Assembly (NCBI GenBank): GCA_963748215.1
Contig: CAVVHS010000009.1
Coordinates: 192,001 to 256,000 of the forward strand
Direction: 5' to 3'
Length of the DNA: 64,000 nt
Source: an uncultured Gammaproteobacteria bacterium
Lineage (GTDB): Bacteria > Pseudomonadota > Gammaproteobacteria > UBA9214
The position numbers and the translations under genes are program-made. Of this stretch, positions 20,938 through 29,439 are shown one piece after another; position 1 is the first letter of the stretch; each line of letters opens with the position of its first letter. A model generated the notes under the pieces. It saw nothing but the letters and a program-made list of their open reading frames with translations. It searched no databases and was not told where the DNA came from.

Positions 20938-21615
20938 ATGGAAAGATCACGCAAAAATGGCTATCTATTTGTTGTTCTTTCAGCTCTCTTCACGTCATCG
21001 GCACACGCGGCTGTAGTGGTATATACAGATCGAGTAGCTTGGGAGACAGCCGTATTGGCGCTTCCTAGTGGACATATTCATGGTGACGTTAACTTTGAAG
21101 GAGATCCGCCTCGTGGTTTGTCTACCGGCGCAAACGCATTAAATCTACATTTCTTAACTATTGATATTGCCGGCGATCCTGGATTTAACGCAATAGACAA
21201 CTCTGTCACACCTGATCCATTTTCGGATGTCTTGTCTCCAAACGGTTCGACGTATTATCTAGGTCATGTTGGACAAAGTGCACCATTACCTTCGCTAATC
21301 TTTATCGATCTGGAGAATTCTGTTCCAGCCTTCGCTGCTGACTGGGTTGTAGCAGGTAGCTTGTCTATTCAAATCGGAGGAACAACCGTATCGTTTGCAG
21401 ATCACTTACCGACGGGTAATGGCTTTCTTGGGTTTGTTACCGATCTGATGCCTCCCGAGGCTGCATTAATTGCAAACTTGTCTAGCTCTGGCGAAGCGTT
21501 TTTTGGCATGGATGAAGTTCTCATTGTCGGCGTACCTATACCCGCCGCTATATGGCTCTTCGGCTCCGGCCTGCTCGGGTTGTTTGGGATGGCTAGGCGG
21601 AGGAAGCAGTCATGA
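20938..21615 (+). CDS. VPLPA/PEP-CTERM sorting domain surface protein
   Basis: Signal peptide SAHAAVVVYTDR; C-terminal VPIPAAIWLFGSGLLGLFGMARRRK. Confidence 0.9.
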   Translation: MERSRKNGYLFVVLSALFTSSAHAAVVVYTDRVAWETAVLALPSGHIHGDVNFEGDPPRGLSTGANALNLHFLTIDIAGDPGFNAIDNSVTPDPFSDVLSPNGSTYYLGHVGQSAPLPSLIFIDLENSVPAFAADWVVAGSLSIQIGGTTVSFADHLPTGNGFLGFVTDLMPPEAALIANLSSSGEAFFGMDEVLIVGVPIPAAIWLFGSGLLGLFGMARRRKQS

Positions 21616-22217
21616 AATCACGTCTGATCGGTGCGGTGTGCGCTGGCTTTTTTTCCCTTATTACAACTTCATCGAATGCGGCGCTCGTCGACAACGGCGG
21701 CGGGTTGATTTACGACACTGTGCTGGATATTACCTGGTCGCAGCCAGATGCCTTAAGAACCTGGGATGAAGCGAATACTTGGGCAGCAGGACTGACGCTT
21801 GGCGGGGTCAGCGGCTGGCGGCTGCCCTACATCAGTGTGGCGGCCGGAGTGGGGCCTACTAATACCTTCGTAAACTGCAACTCGGCGAGCGAGCTTGCCT
21901 GTCGTGACAACGAGCTGGGGTATATGTTCTGGCAAAACACCGACGGCACGGGCATCAGTCCCCTGTTTCCGACTATCTCTGGGACCTTCTATTGGTACGG
22001 TACTCTGTTTAGTTCCGAGGATGCATGGATATTCTTCTTCGGTATCGACGTCGGAGGAGGTGGTACCGGCGAGGCGGCCACCGACAGCATCCTCAACACT
22101 ACCAACCTCACCTGGGCTGTTCATGCTGGCAATGTGGTACCGGTACCGGCTGCGGTCTGGTTGTTCGGCTCTGGCCTGCTAGGGCTGATTGGGATAGCCA
22201 GGAAGAAAACAACGTAA
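21612..22217 (+). CDS. DUF1566-like VPLPA/PEP-CTERM surface protein
   Basis: SNAALVDNGGGLIYD, GWRLP, C-terminal VPVPAAVWLFGSGLLGLIGIARKK. Confidence 0.9.
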   Translation: MKSRLIGAVCAGFFSLITTSSNAALVDNGGGLIYDTVLDITWSQPDALRTWDEANTWAAGLTLGGVSGWRLPYISVAAGVGPTNTFVNCNSASELACRDNELGYMFWQNTDGTGISPLFPTISGTFYWYGTLFSSEDAWIFFFGIDVGGGGTGEAATDSILNTTNLTWAVHAGNVVPVPAAVWLFGSGLLGLIGIARKKTT

Positions 22218-22272
22218 CTAGCCACATAAGGATCAGTCGGGCTGAGATAATTAGAGCTACGGAGACAGTCCC

Positions 22273-23082
22273 ATGATGGAATCACGTCTGTTGTGCGCAA
22301 TGTGTGTGTTTATCATCACACTAATAGTAAGCAATCCGGCTCTTTCTGCACCAGTATTTCCCAGCGAAATCCAAGCGTGTGTTTCCACTTCAATCTGTTC
22401 TATCCCTACACTTGTCCGGCAAGCATCCACATTCAGTGCATATTCATACTCAGATGGAGGGACAGACAAATTCTTGTTTGAATACAGCTTATGGTCTTCA
22501 TCTAACGAATCGACAAACTTCGTGACGACACAGCTAACCGGCGCAGCTTGGCTCAGCGCGAACGCGACATATGATCTGACACAGGAACGCCACTTATTTA
22601 CTCTTTACCTTGACGGTGTTACGCCGACTCCCACTAATCTCTGGGTCTTTGATTCAGATGGTTTGAACGTAGGGTTAAGCATGCCTACCTCCGATCTCCT
22701 AGCCGGTAGCAGTTTTTTTCGCATGGGTTCGGACATCGCAAGCGGAGGCTTTTTTGAAGGCGATTTGGGGACCCATGGCGATCAAGGATCAGCGTTTAAC
22801 GACCATAATTTTGTCCCATGCCTTGCACTTACTTGTGAAGTAGGAGCTACGTTAAATCTATTGAACATGCAATATCTACAGTCTGGATCGATAGCCGAGC
22901 TTAGTTTAAATCCAACAGATCAGAGAGGTATTCTTTATAGCCAATATAGGGATTATGAGCCTGATAACACATGGTATGTCTCTCAATCGTACGAAGTCGT
23001 TCCCATCCCAGCCGCCGTATGGCTCTTCGGCTCCGGCCTGCTGGGCTTAATTGGGATAGCAAGACGCAAGAAAGCAGCATAA
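22273..23082 (+). CDS. VPLPA/PEP-CTERM surface protein
   Basis: Signal peptide; C-terminal VPIPAAVWLFGSGLLGLIGIARRKKAA. Confidence 0.9.
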   Translation: MMESRLLCAMCVFIITLIVSNPALSAPVFPSEIQACVSTSICSIPTLVRQASTFSAYSYSDGGTDKFLFEYSLWSSSNESTNFVTTQLTGAAWLSANATYDLTQERHLFTLYLDGVTPTPTNLWVFDSDGLNVGLSMPTSDLLAGSSFFRMGSDIASGGFFEGDLGTHGDQGSAFNDHNFVPCLALTCEVGATLNLLNMQYLQSGSIAELSLNPTDQRGILYSQYRDYEPDNTWYVSQSYEVVPIPAAVWLFGSGLLGLIGIARRKKAA

Positions 23083-23097
23083 CCCTTCTATTAAGAG

Positions 23098-23118
23098 ACG
23101 GCCCTTCGGGGCCGTTTT
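23098..23118 (+). terminator. rho-independent terminator
   Basis: ACGGCCC-TTCG-GGGCCGT-TTT. Confidence 0.8.
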
Positions 23119-23127
23119 CGTATGAGC

Positions 23128-23221
23128 ATAAATGTCGCGCTTTGGCCGATCCCTGTCCTATATGTAACTCTTATATAACGTTTCGCTAATCGGCGGAAGC
23201 CGACCCACAACGGACGTTCAG
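23128..23221 (+). repeat. 94-bp imperfect palindromic repeat, copy D
   Basis: AAATGTCGCGCTTTGGCCG...TTATATAA...GCCGACCCACAACGGACGTTCAG; aligns with A and C. Confidence 0.85.
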
Positions 23222-23330
23222 CAGTTACAAAGTTGCCGCACCCGTCCGAATTGCTCTTGACATTTGTTAGACTATGATCAGGTTACTATTCTTTCACTAA
23301 GAAGGCTATCCATAGTCAGCGGAGGTCAGG

Positions 23331-23882
23331 ATGGACAAATCAATGATAACCGGCATTGTGATTGGCGGAATCGTAGTCACGGCTGGCGCGGCAATTGGGG
23401 GCTTCAACATGCTCAGCAAGAAAGAGCCCGCATACGCGGATGTGATCAATGTTGCCGAGGTTAAAGAGACTGTACAGACTCCGCGGGAGGTCTGTGAAGA
23501 TGTAGCTGTTACCCGCCAACAACCGGTAAAGGATGAACACAAGATTCTTGGCACCGTAACAGGTGCGGTGATTGGTGGTGTGCTAGGCAACCAGTTAGGT
23601 GGTGGCAGCGGCAAGAAACTCGCCACAGTCGCTGGTGCGGCTGCCGGAGGCTATGCGGGCAACAAGGTGCAGGGGAACATGCAGGAAAAGAACACCTACA
23701 CAGAAATAGAGAATCGTTGCCACACGGTCACCGATACCCACGACAGGGTCATCGGCTACGACGTCAGCTATCGCCTCGGGGATGAAGAAGGCAGTGTCCG
23801 TATGGACAACAAACCGGGGGATCGTATTCCGGTGGTTGATGGGCAGCTAATTCTGGAATCGCCCGACGCGGTCACGCCGTAA
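23331..23882 (+). CDS. glycine zipper 2TM domain protein (YcfJ-like)
   Basis: GAVIGGVLGNQLGGGSGKKLATVAGAAAGGYAGN; GGAGG RBS. Confidence 0.9.
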   Translation: MDKSMITGIVIGGIVVTAGAAIGGFNMLSKKEPAYADVINVAEVKETVQTPREVCEDVAVTRQQPVKDEHKILGTVTGAVIGGVLGNQLGGGSGKKLATVAGAAAGGYAGNKVQGNMQEKNTYTEIENRCHTVTDTHDRVIGYDVSYRLGDEEGSVRMDNKPGDRIPVVDGQLILESPDAVTP

Positions 23883-24022
23883 TCACACATTAGTATTTTG
23901 TTCACACATCTGCAGACTGGACTGATTCTGCAATATCCAAAGCAATGGGATAAGGGTTTTATTAGCAGATTCTTCGCGCAAAGACGAAAAGAAAGCCTGG
24001 TAGCTATTTATATGTATCAACA

Positions 24023-24046
24023 GCGGCTCCTTCGGGAGCCGTTTTT
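24023..24046 (+). terminator. rho-independent terminator
   Basis: GCGGCTCC-TTCG-GGAGCCGT-TTTT. Confidence 0.8.
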
Positions 24047-24053
24047 CATTGTG

Positions 24054-24251
24054 CTGTATGTCCGAGATTGGCCGATAGTGTTGAAAAACTCTGCTACTAG
24101 AAATCGACCGCGCACGAGAGTGAGATGCTTTGTCATTTTGCAAAATATTTCGGATTTCAGGAAACTCTCATGCACGATTTCTACTTGAACATTATGACGT
24201 CAGCAGATCATTAGAGTATTTCAACACAATAGGCCGAAAGCGGAAGTACAG
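24054..24251 (+). repeat. palindromic repeat copy E (outer arms) split by a MITE-like insert
   Basis: CTGTATGTCCGAGATTGGCCGA ... GGCCGAAAGCGGAAGTACAG are mutually complementary and match the outer arms of A, C and D. Confidence 0.75.
24076..24231. mobile_element. non-autonomous MITE-like element with GTGTTGAAAAACTC-type inverted repeats
   Basis: TAGTGTTGAAAAACTCT versus AGAGTATTTCAACACAA (15/17 complementary); internal arms TAGAAATCG/CGATTTCTA; flanked by duplicated GGCCGA. Confidence 0.6.
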
Positions 24252-24317
24252 AATTCAATAGTGCGGCGGCCATCGGGTCGGCGTTTTCTTCAGTATTCAC
24301 AACAAGCCTGTGCCGGC

Positions 24318-24725
24318 TCATTCCTTGATCGTGGCAACGTAGCGGTCGAGGCCATCTGCGATGGCTGTCCGGATCCGGCTGGAGGCAAGCTGCAGCCGGT
24401 CGCTGATCTCCTCAGGGTCACCCAGGTCGGTAAGATCCTCGGCCAGCCCCCGGTCAATTCCAGTCAGGGCACGTTCAACGACGTCCTGCAGATGCTGCAG
24501 ATCCTCGATATACAGATCGGCCGGGATTGTCTCGCGCGTGCGTGCGTCAACCTCGTCATTCGATTTGTGGGTCGACTTTGCTCGGTTTTCAATGTACCAC
24601 TGGATGCAGGGGCCCAGGTCATAAAGGTCGTGTGCGTATTTGGGCATGCCTTCCCTGGCCAGCTGGCAAATGCTGGCAGCGGGCAGATTCAGGCATTCAG
24701 CCAATACCGAATGTTCTACGATCAT
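24318..24725 (-). CDS. phage terminase small subunit Nu1-like HTH protein
   Basis: LAECLNL...QLAREGMPK...YDLGPCIQWYIE resembles the lambda gpNu1 N-terminus (LADIFG...EQGMPV...YDSAAVIKWY); GAGGTG RBS. Confidence 0.6.
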   Translation of the reverse strand: MIVEHSVLAECLNLPAASICQLAREGMPKYAHDLYDLGPCIQWYIENRAKSTHKSNDEVDARTRETIPADLYIEDLQHLQDVVERALTGIDRGLAEDLTDLGDPEEISDRLQLASSRIRTAIADGLDRYVATIKE

Positions 24726-24864
24726 GTCGTCACCTCGCCAGCTAAACCGCGTCAGGTGTATGGGTATTATACCATATAAATAACAAGGTATATTGATTGC
24801 AGGGAGAGTAATTTTTATTTCAGTGCGGTCCGCATGACACGCTCGGGAAAAAAATAATCTGAAT

Positions 24865-24900
24865 CTGAAAGGCTTCTTCCGGCCGTTTCACGAAGTACGG
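24865..24900 (+). repeat. degenerate minimal (36-bp) repeat, copy F
   Basis: CTGAAAGGCTTCTTCC-GGCCG-TTTCACGAAGTACGG has the same length and layout as copy E without its insert. Confidence 0.4.
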
Positions 24901-25030
24901 CAGTGCATTCACAGGGAATAACGAAGGGTAAGAAATGGGCTGTTCGACCTCGAATACCGGTCACTTCCTGGCAAGCCAGTAGCTGATGCAGAACAGTTAC
25001 TGGCTTCCTGCTTCACGGGAATGACAATCA

Positions 25031-25102
25031 TTCAGCTCCTGTATGCTCCGCGCCCTCTCTGGCAATTGTTTTTCTTTGCATCCTGATATCCTGGCGCGAG
25101 AC
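25031..25102 (-). repeat. right arm of a degenerate inverted repeat (partner at 12412-12490)
   Basis: Reverse complement reads GTCTCGCGCCAGGATATCAGGATGCAAAG...TTGCCAGAGAGGGCGCGGAG. Confidence 0.6.
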
Positions 25103-25163
25103 AGTGTTGTATCTGAATTTTCTGCGTCTCAGCGCGGGTTCCTTTTCGTGATTTTCCTCCCGT

Positions 25164-25661
25164 CTATAAAAAATCCTCGATGAACCAGGCCGCGAAGGCG
25201 TGCCGGCCGGTGACGCCGGACTTGCGGTAGATGCCGGAGGCCTGCGCGCGCACGGTCTTTTCCTGCGTCTGGCGCAGGGCGGCGATCTCCTTGAAGCTCA
25301 GGCCCTTGAGCAACAACAGCCCGACCTCCTGCTCGCTGTCGGTAAGGTCCCAGTCGTGGAACTGGGCCTGGATGAGGCCGCCGAGTTGCCGGCGTGCCTC
25401 GGCCACCGCCGGTGGCGGGGCGGTGGCGGGATTGCGGTGCGCGGCAAGCTCGTGCCGTAGCTGTTCCAGCTCGCGGCGCTGCCGGCGCAGGTCGGCAAGC
25501 AACCAGAGCATGAGCGCACCCGAAACCACGATGACAGTTGCCTCCTCCAGCAGGTGCAGAACGGATGCACCCTGGCCAAAATCGGTGACGAAATCATACA
25601 GGTTGCCGAGGATGATGACGGACAGCACGGCGATGAGCAGTTTTTCTTTTATGTAGAACAT
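25164..25661 (-). CDS. membrane-anchored LuxR-type HTH regulator
   Basis: Two TM helices, then LTDSEQEVGLLLLKGLSFKEIA...TVRAQASGIYRKSGV. Confidence 0.82.
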   Translation of the reverse strand: MFYIKEKLLIAVLSVIILGNLYDFVTDFGQGASVLHLLEEATVIVVSGALMLWLLADLRRQRRELEQLRHELAAHRNPATAPPPAVAEARRQLGGLIQAQFHDWDLTDSEQEVGLLLLKGLSFKEIAALRQTQEKTVRAQASGIYRKSGVTGRHAFAAWFIEDFL

Positions 25662-25810
25662 GTTGTGGGTACCGTGCGTGGCGGTTTCGTGGTGCATCAG
25701 GCATGCGGCAAATGCCCCGTACGCCACAGGATGCGGCGTTTGCCGGATGTGTTCGGAACGACTGCGTATCATACTGCCCGGCAGCGTGTTCAATTATACG
25801 GAGTTGGGTG

Positions 25811-26437
25811 ATGACTGATAATCTGGTTCGGGTCTGGGATCCGCTGGTGCGCCTGTTCCACTGGTCGCTGGTGGCCGCGTTCATCATTGCCTACCTAACC
25901 GGCGAGGAGGAGAGCCAGGTCCATATCTACGCCGGTTACTATATCCTCGGCCTGCTGGTATTCCGGGTCATCTGGGGGTTCATGGGTACCCGCTATGCCC
26001 GGTTCAGCGATTTCATCTACTCGCCGCGCCGTACCGTGCAGTACCTCAAGGGCCTGTTAGCCGGGAAGCCGGAACATTTCACCGGCCACAACCCGGCGGG
26101 CGGCTGGATGATTGTCATGCTGCTGGTGTCCCTGGCGCTGACCACCTACACCGGGCTGAAGTATTACGGCCTGGAAGGACATGGTCCGCTGGCCGCGGGC
26201 AACGTCGAGGCCACCCTGGTCGCGCCCGCCTATGCCGACGATGACGAACACAAGGGCCATGGCGAGGACGGCGAGCACTCGCCGGAGCAAGAGTTCTGGG
26301 AGGAGCTGCACGAAGTCTTCGCCAATCTCACCGTGCTGCTGATCGTGATTCATATCGCGGGTGTCGTCGTCGCCAGCCGGGTGCATGGCGAAAACCTGGT
26401 CCGGGCCATGATCACCGGCAGGAAGAACGTGCCCTGA
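25811..26437 (+). CDS. cytochrome b/b6 (Ni-hydrogenase cyt b-type) membrane protein
   Basis: VWDPLVRLFHW, GHNPAGG, ELHE, IHIAGV, ENLVRAMITG. Confidence 0.9.
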   Translation: MTDNLVRVWDPLVRLFHWSLVAAFIIAYLTGEEESQVHIYAGYYILGLLVFRVIWGFMGTRYARFSDFIYSPRRTVQYLKGLLAGKPEHFTGHNPAGGWMIVMLLVSLALTTYTGLKYYGLEGHGPLAAGNVEATLVAPAYADDDEHKGHGEDGEHSPEQEFWEELHEVFANLTVLLIVIHIAGVVVASRVHGENLVRAMITGRKNVP

Positions 26438-26473
26438 GGGGTGCGCCGGCGCGTGGCGTGATCTGCCGGGCGA

Positions 26474-28177
26474 TCAGTGCAATGCTGTCATCTGCAGCGG
26501 GCCGCGGATGATTTCCCGCTCGCGGAAGCGGAACGGTTCGCCCAGGCCGCGGATGATCGGCGGGTCACGCTCGTAGATATCACGGCTGAACAGGACCGTG
26601 CCGTCGTCGTCAACCGATGCCGTCCAGTACATCAGCAGGATGGTCACCGGTTGCTCCAGGCTGACGCTGCGTGTCTGCAGCGTATCGATGGCCCGCTCAA
26701 GGCGCCCGCGATCCCAGCCCGCGTTGCCCGCGAGCAGCAGCTCGGCCAGGTCGTAGGGGTGCTCGATGCGGATACAGCCGGAACTCAGGGCGCGTTCCGG
26801 TTTCGCGAACAGCGACTTGCTGGGTGTGTCGTGCAGGTAGACCGAATGCCGGTTGGGGAACATGAACTTGATGCGGCCAAGCGCGTTTTTCGGGCCGGGT
26901 TTCTGCCGGATCAGCCACGGGAAACTGTGGCCGTTATAGCGGCTCCAGTTGATGTTGCGTGCATCGACCGGGTTGCCCTGGTAGTCGATGACCTGCATGC
27001 CCTTCTCGGCCAGCTGGTTCGGGTTCCTGCGCAGTTCCGGCAGCAGGTCCTTGTCCAGCACGGTCGGCGGCACCGTCCAGGTCGGGTTGAGATCGAGGTA
27101 GGTCAGCGTCGACCGGAATACCGGTGACATGCGGACGGGTTGACCGACCACGGCGCGCGTTTCCCATACGACCTCGTCGTCGCGGAACAGGCGGACATTG
27201 AAACCGGCGATATCCGCCATGACGTAGGTGTCCGGCAGGTCATGCAGCATCCAGCGCGCGCGCTCGAGGTTGGCGCGGAGCTGCGCGATACGCGATTCGA
27301 CCGGCACGTTCAGCTCCGTCAGTGTCTTCTGTCCCACCACGCCATCGGCCTCGAGTCCGTGGCGACGCTGGAAGTGTTTCACGCCCGCCTCGACGGCATC
27401 GTCGAAGGCCGGCAGGAACATGTCCTGGGTGGCCAGATCGTGCGTGGCGATCAACCGAGCGCGCAGGAGCGGCACGCGTTCGTCCGACATGCCGGCCTTC
27501 AGTGTCCCTCCGTCCGGCACCGGTTGCCAGCCGCCCAGTTGCTGGTAGAGACGATAGCTTGCCAGCGCCTGTTTCAGGCGCTGGTAGATGCGGGATTGCG
27601 GCATCAGCGATTGCAGCAATGCATCGACCCGGCCGAGTTCGATGGCGTCGTCCTTTTGCAGCAGCGCTTCGAGGTCTTCGATGTAGCGCGTCATGTTCCA
27701 GTCGGAATCGAGTTCCTCCGGATCGACCTTGCCGAAGAACAGGTGGTAACCGAGCCGGATCAGGCTGTCGGTCAGCAGCAGGTCGAGGTTGGCGGTGCGT
27801 TCCGGGTTCGCATCGCCGGTTTCGTTGTTGCGCTCCAGCAGCAGCTTGAGGGTATCGAGGTTGTAATCCGCGGGGTCGAGGCCATCCCGGTCGGCCTGTT
27901 CGATGGCGCTGACCAGCTGGTGGACGGAAGCCGGGTTGGACCATACCGGTGCGTAATCGCGTTTCGCATACAGCGCCGGCAGCACGATGGCGGAAGCGAT
28001 GCTGGAGGTGTTGATGACGACGTTCTGGCCGGCGCGGATATCAGTAACGCGCGCGTGCAGGGTCTCGCTGATTTTCGTGCCGGGTGCTGCCAGTGCGGGC
28101 GTCAGCAACAGGGCTGCCAGCAGCGACAGCAGACGGCCGCAGTGGCCGGTTACAGACTGGATCGTGCAGGTTGTCAT
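26474..28177 (-). CDS. L,D-transpeptidase, YcbB/LdtD family, with peptidoglycan-binding domain
   Basis: FQRRHGLEADGVVG, NLERARW, YLHDTP...ALSSGCIR. Confidence 0.92.
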   Translation of the reverse strand: MTTCTIQSVTGHCGRLLSLLAALLLTPALAAPGTKISETLHARVTDIRAGQNVVINTSSIASAIVLPALYAKRDYAPVWSNPASVHQLVSAIEQADRDGLDPADYNLDTLKLLLERNNETGDANPERTANLDLLLTDSLIRLGYHLFFGKVDPEELDSDWNMTRYIEDLEALLQKDDAIELGRVDALLQSLMPQSRIYQRLKQALASYRLYQQLGGWQPVPDGGTLKAGMSDERVPLLRARLIATHDLATQDMFLPAFDDAVEAGVKHFQRRHGLEADGVVGQKTLTELNVPVESRIAQLRANLERARWMLHDLPDTYVMADIAGFNVRLFRDDEVVWETRAVVGQPVRMSPVFRSTLTYLDLNPTWTVPPTVLDKDLLPELRRNPNQLAEKGMQVIDYQGNPVDARNINWSRYNGHSFPWLIRQKPGPKNALGRIKFMFPNRHSVYLHDTPSKSLFAKPERALSSGCIRIEHPYDLAELLLAGNAGWDRGRLERAIDTLQTRSVSLEQPVTILLMYWTASVDDDGTVLFSRDIYERDPPIIRGLGEPFRFREREIIRGPLQMTALH

Positions 28178-28357
28178 ACCGGGTTACCACTCTGTCCGCC
28201 CGGGTCCTTGTTATTGAATCAAAGTATAGGACAGGGAGGAACAGCCTTGCCTTGTTATTAAGGTTGTGTGTTTTGTTTTACCCGTTCCCTGTCGGGATGT
28301 ACAGGGTCGATTGCAAAAAATGCGTCCCGGTCTTGCGGTAACCTGTTGAAATATATT

Positions 28358-28636
28358 CTAAAGCTTCTTCCCTGCGAGCGTCGGCACCTTGTCGGTGCGG
28401 GTTTCCAGCTTGAGATGGCTGATCAGGCGGACACTCCCCTCGGCATGCAGGGTTTCATGGATTTTTCGCACGGCGGCCAGGATATCGCCAAGTTCGCCCT
28501 CGATATCGGTGCCCGCGGCATGGGTTTCCAGGATGACGTCATACTGCTGGAGCAGGTCAATGATGCGCGTCACCTCGGCGCGGACCGAGACCCCGGTGCC
28601 CAGCGGGATGACCTGTAGTTCGGCGGTAGCTTTCAT
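28358..28636 (-). CDS. MTH1187/YkoF-family thiamine-binding protein
   Basis: AELQVIPLGTGVSV...GTDIEGE...ETRTDK. Confidence 0.85.
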   Translation of the reverse strand: MKATAELQVIPLGTGVSVRAEVTRIIDLLQQYDVILETHAAGTDIEGELGDILAAVRKIHETLHAEGSVRLISHLKLETRTDKVPTLAGKKL

Positions 28637-28650
28637 GATGCTGAACTCAC

Positions 28651-29439
28651 GTGGTTGGAAAGGGTCGACACAGTGTAGCGGCAAACAGCAGGGTGTACGA
28701 CGTGTCCGTTGTCCTCAACCGGTTGCAGGCAGCCTTGCTGCTCGTGGCGTGCCTGCCGGCGTTTGGCGAAGTGCTGGTGCTCGATAGCGGCATGCGGCAG
28801 GTCAGCCTGCTGGAACTCTATACCTCGCAGGGTTGCAGCAGCTGTCCGCCGGCCGAACGCTGGCTGAACGACTGGGTCGACGATGCACGCCTGTGGAACG
28901 AGGTCGTGCCGATCGCGTTGCATGTCGACTACTGGGATTACCTCGGCTGGCAGGATCCCTATGCAAACTCTGCCAACGGCGAGCGCCAGCGTGAACATGT
29001 CCGCGCCGGCCGCGCGCGCACCGTGTACACGCCCGGGTTCTTTCTCAACGGGCGCGAATGGCGCGGCTGGACGCTGCGCCTGCCGCCACGTGCTTCAGGC
29101 CGCGAGCCGGGCAGGCTCGGTGTCACGATCGACGGCAATACTGTCACGGCCACGTTCCCGCATAATGGAAGGAATCTGGAACTGCATGTCGCCCTGCTTG
29201 GATTCGGCATCGACACCCGCGTCTCGCGCGGCGAGAATCGCAATCACACACTACGACAGGAGTTCGTGGTGCTCACGCACGATGTGCATGCCTCGCGTGA
29301 CGGCCGGTGGCGTGTCGTGCTGCCCGCCACCGATGCCGCTGTGGCAAAACGCCTGGGCATCGCGCTATGGGTCAGTGCGGCGGGTGATGTCCGTCCGCTG
29401 CAGGCGACGGGTGGCTGGTTGCCGGATATGGCGCGGTGA
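28651..29439 (+). CDS. DUF1223 thioredoxin-like secreted protein (start uncertain)
   Basis: LELYTSQGCSSCPPA, HVDYWDYLGWQDPY, VYTP. Confidence 0.9.
   Translation: MVGKGRHSVAANSRVYDVSVVLNRLQAALLLVACLPAFGEVLVLDSGMRQVSLLELYTSQGCSSCPPAERWLNDWVDDARLWNEVVPIALHVDYWDYLGWQDPYANSANGERQREHVRAGRARTVYTPGFFLNGREWRGWTLRLPPRASGREPGRLGVTIDGNTVTATFPHNGRNLELHVALLGFGIDTRVSRGENRNHTLRQEFVVLTHDVHASRDGRWRVVLPATDAAVAKRLGIALWVSAAGDVRPLQATGGWLPDMAR

Noticed and set aside
16621-23221. Repeats as a CRISPR array or canonical attC sites
   Set aside because: Spacing is kilobases with whole genes between copies, there are no cas or intI genes, and there are no RYYYAAC/GTTRRRY cores.
24318-24725. Island as a prophage
   Set aside because: Only one phage-like gene; no structural, replication or integrase genes.
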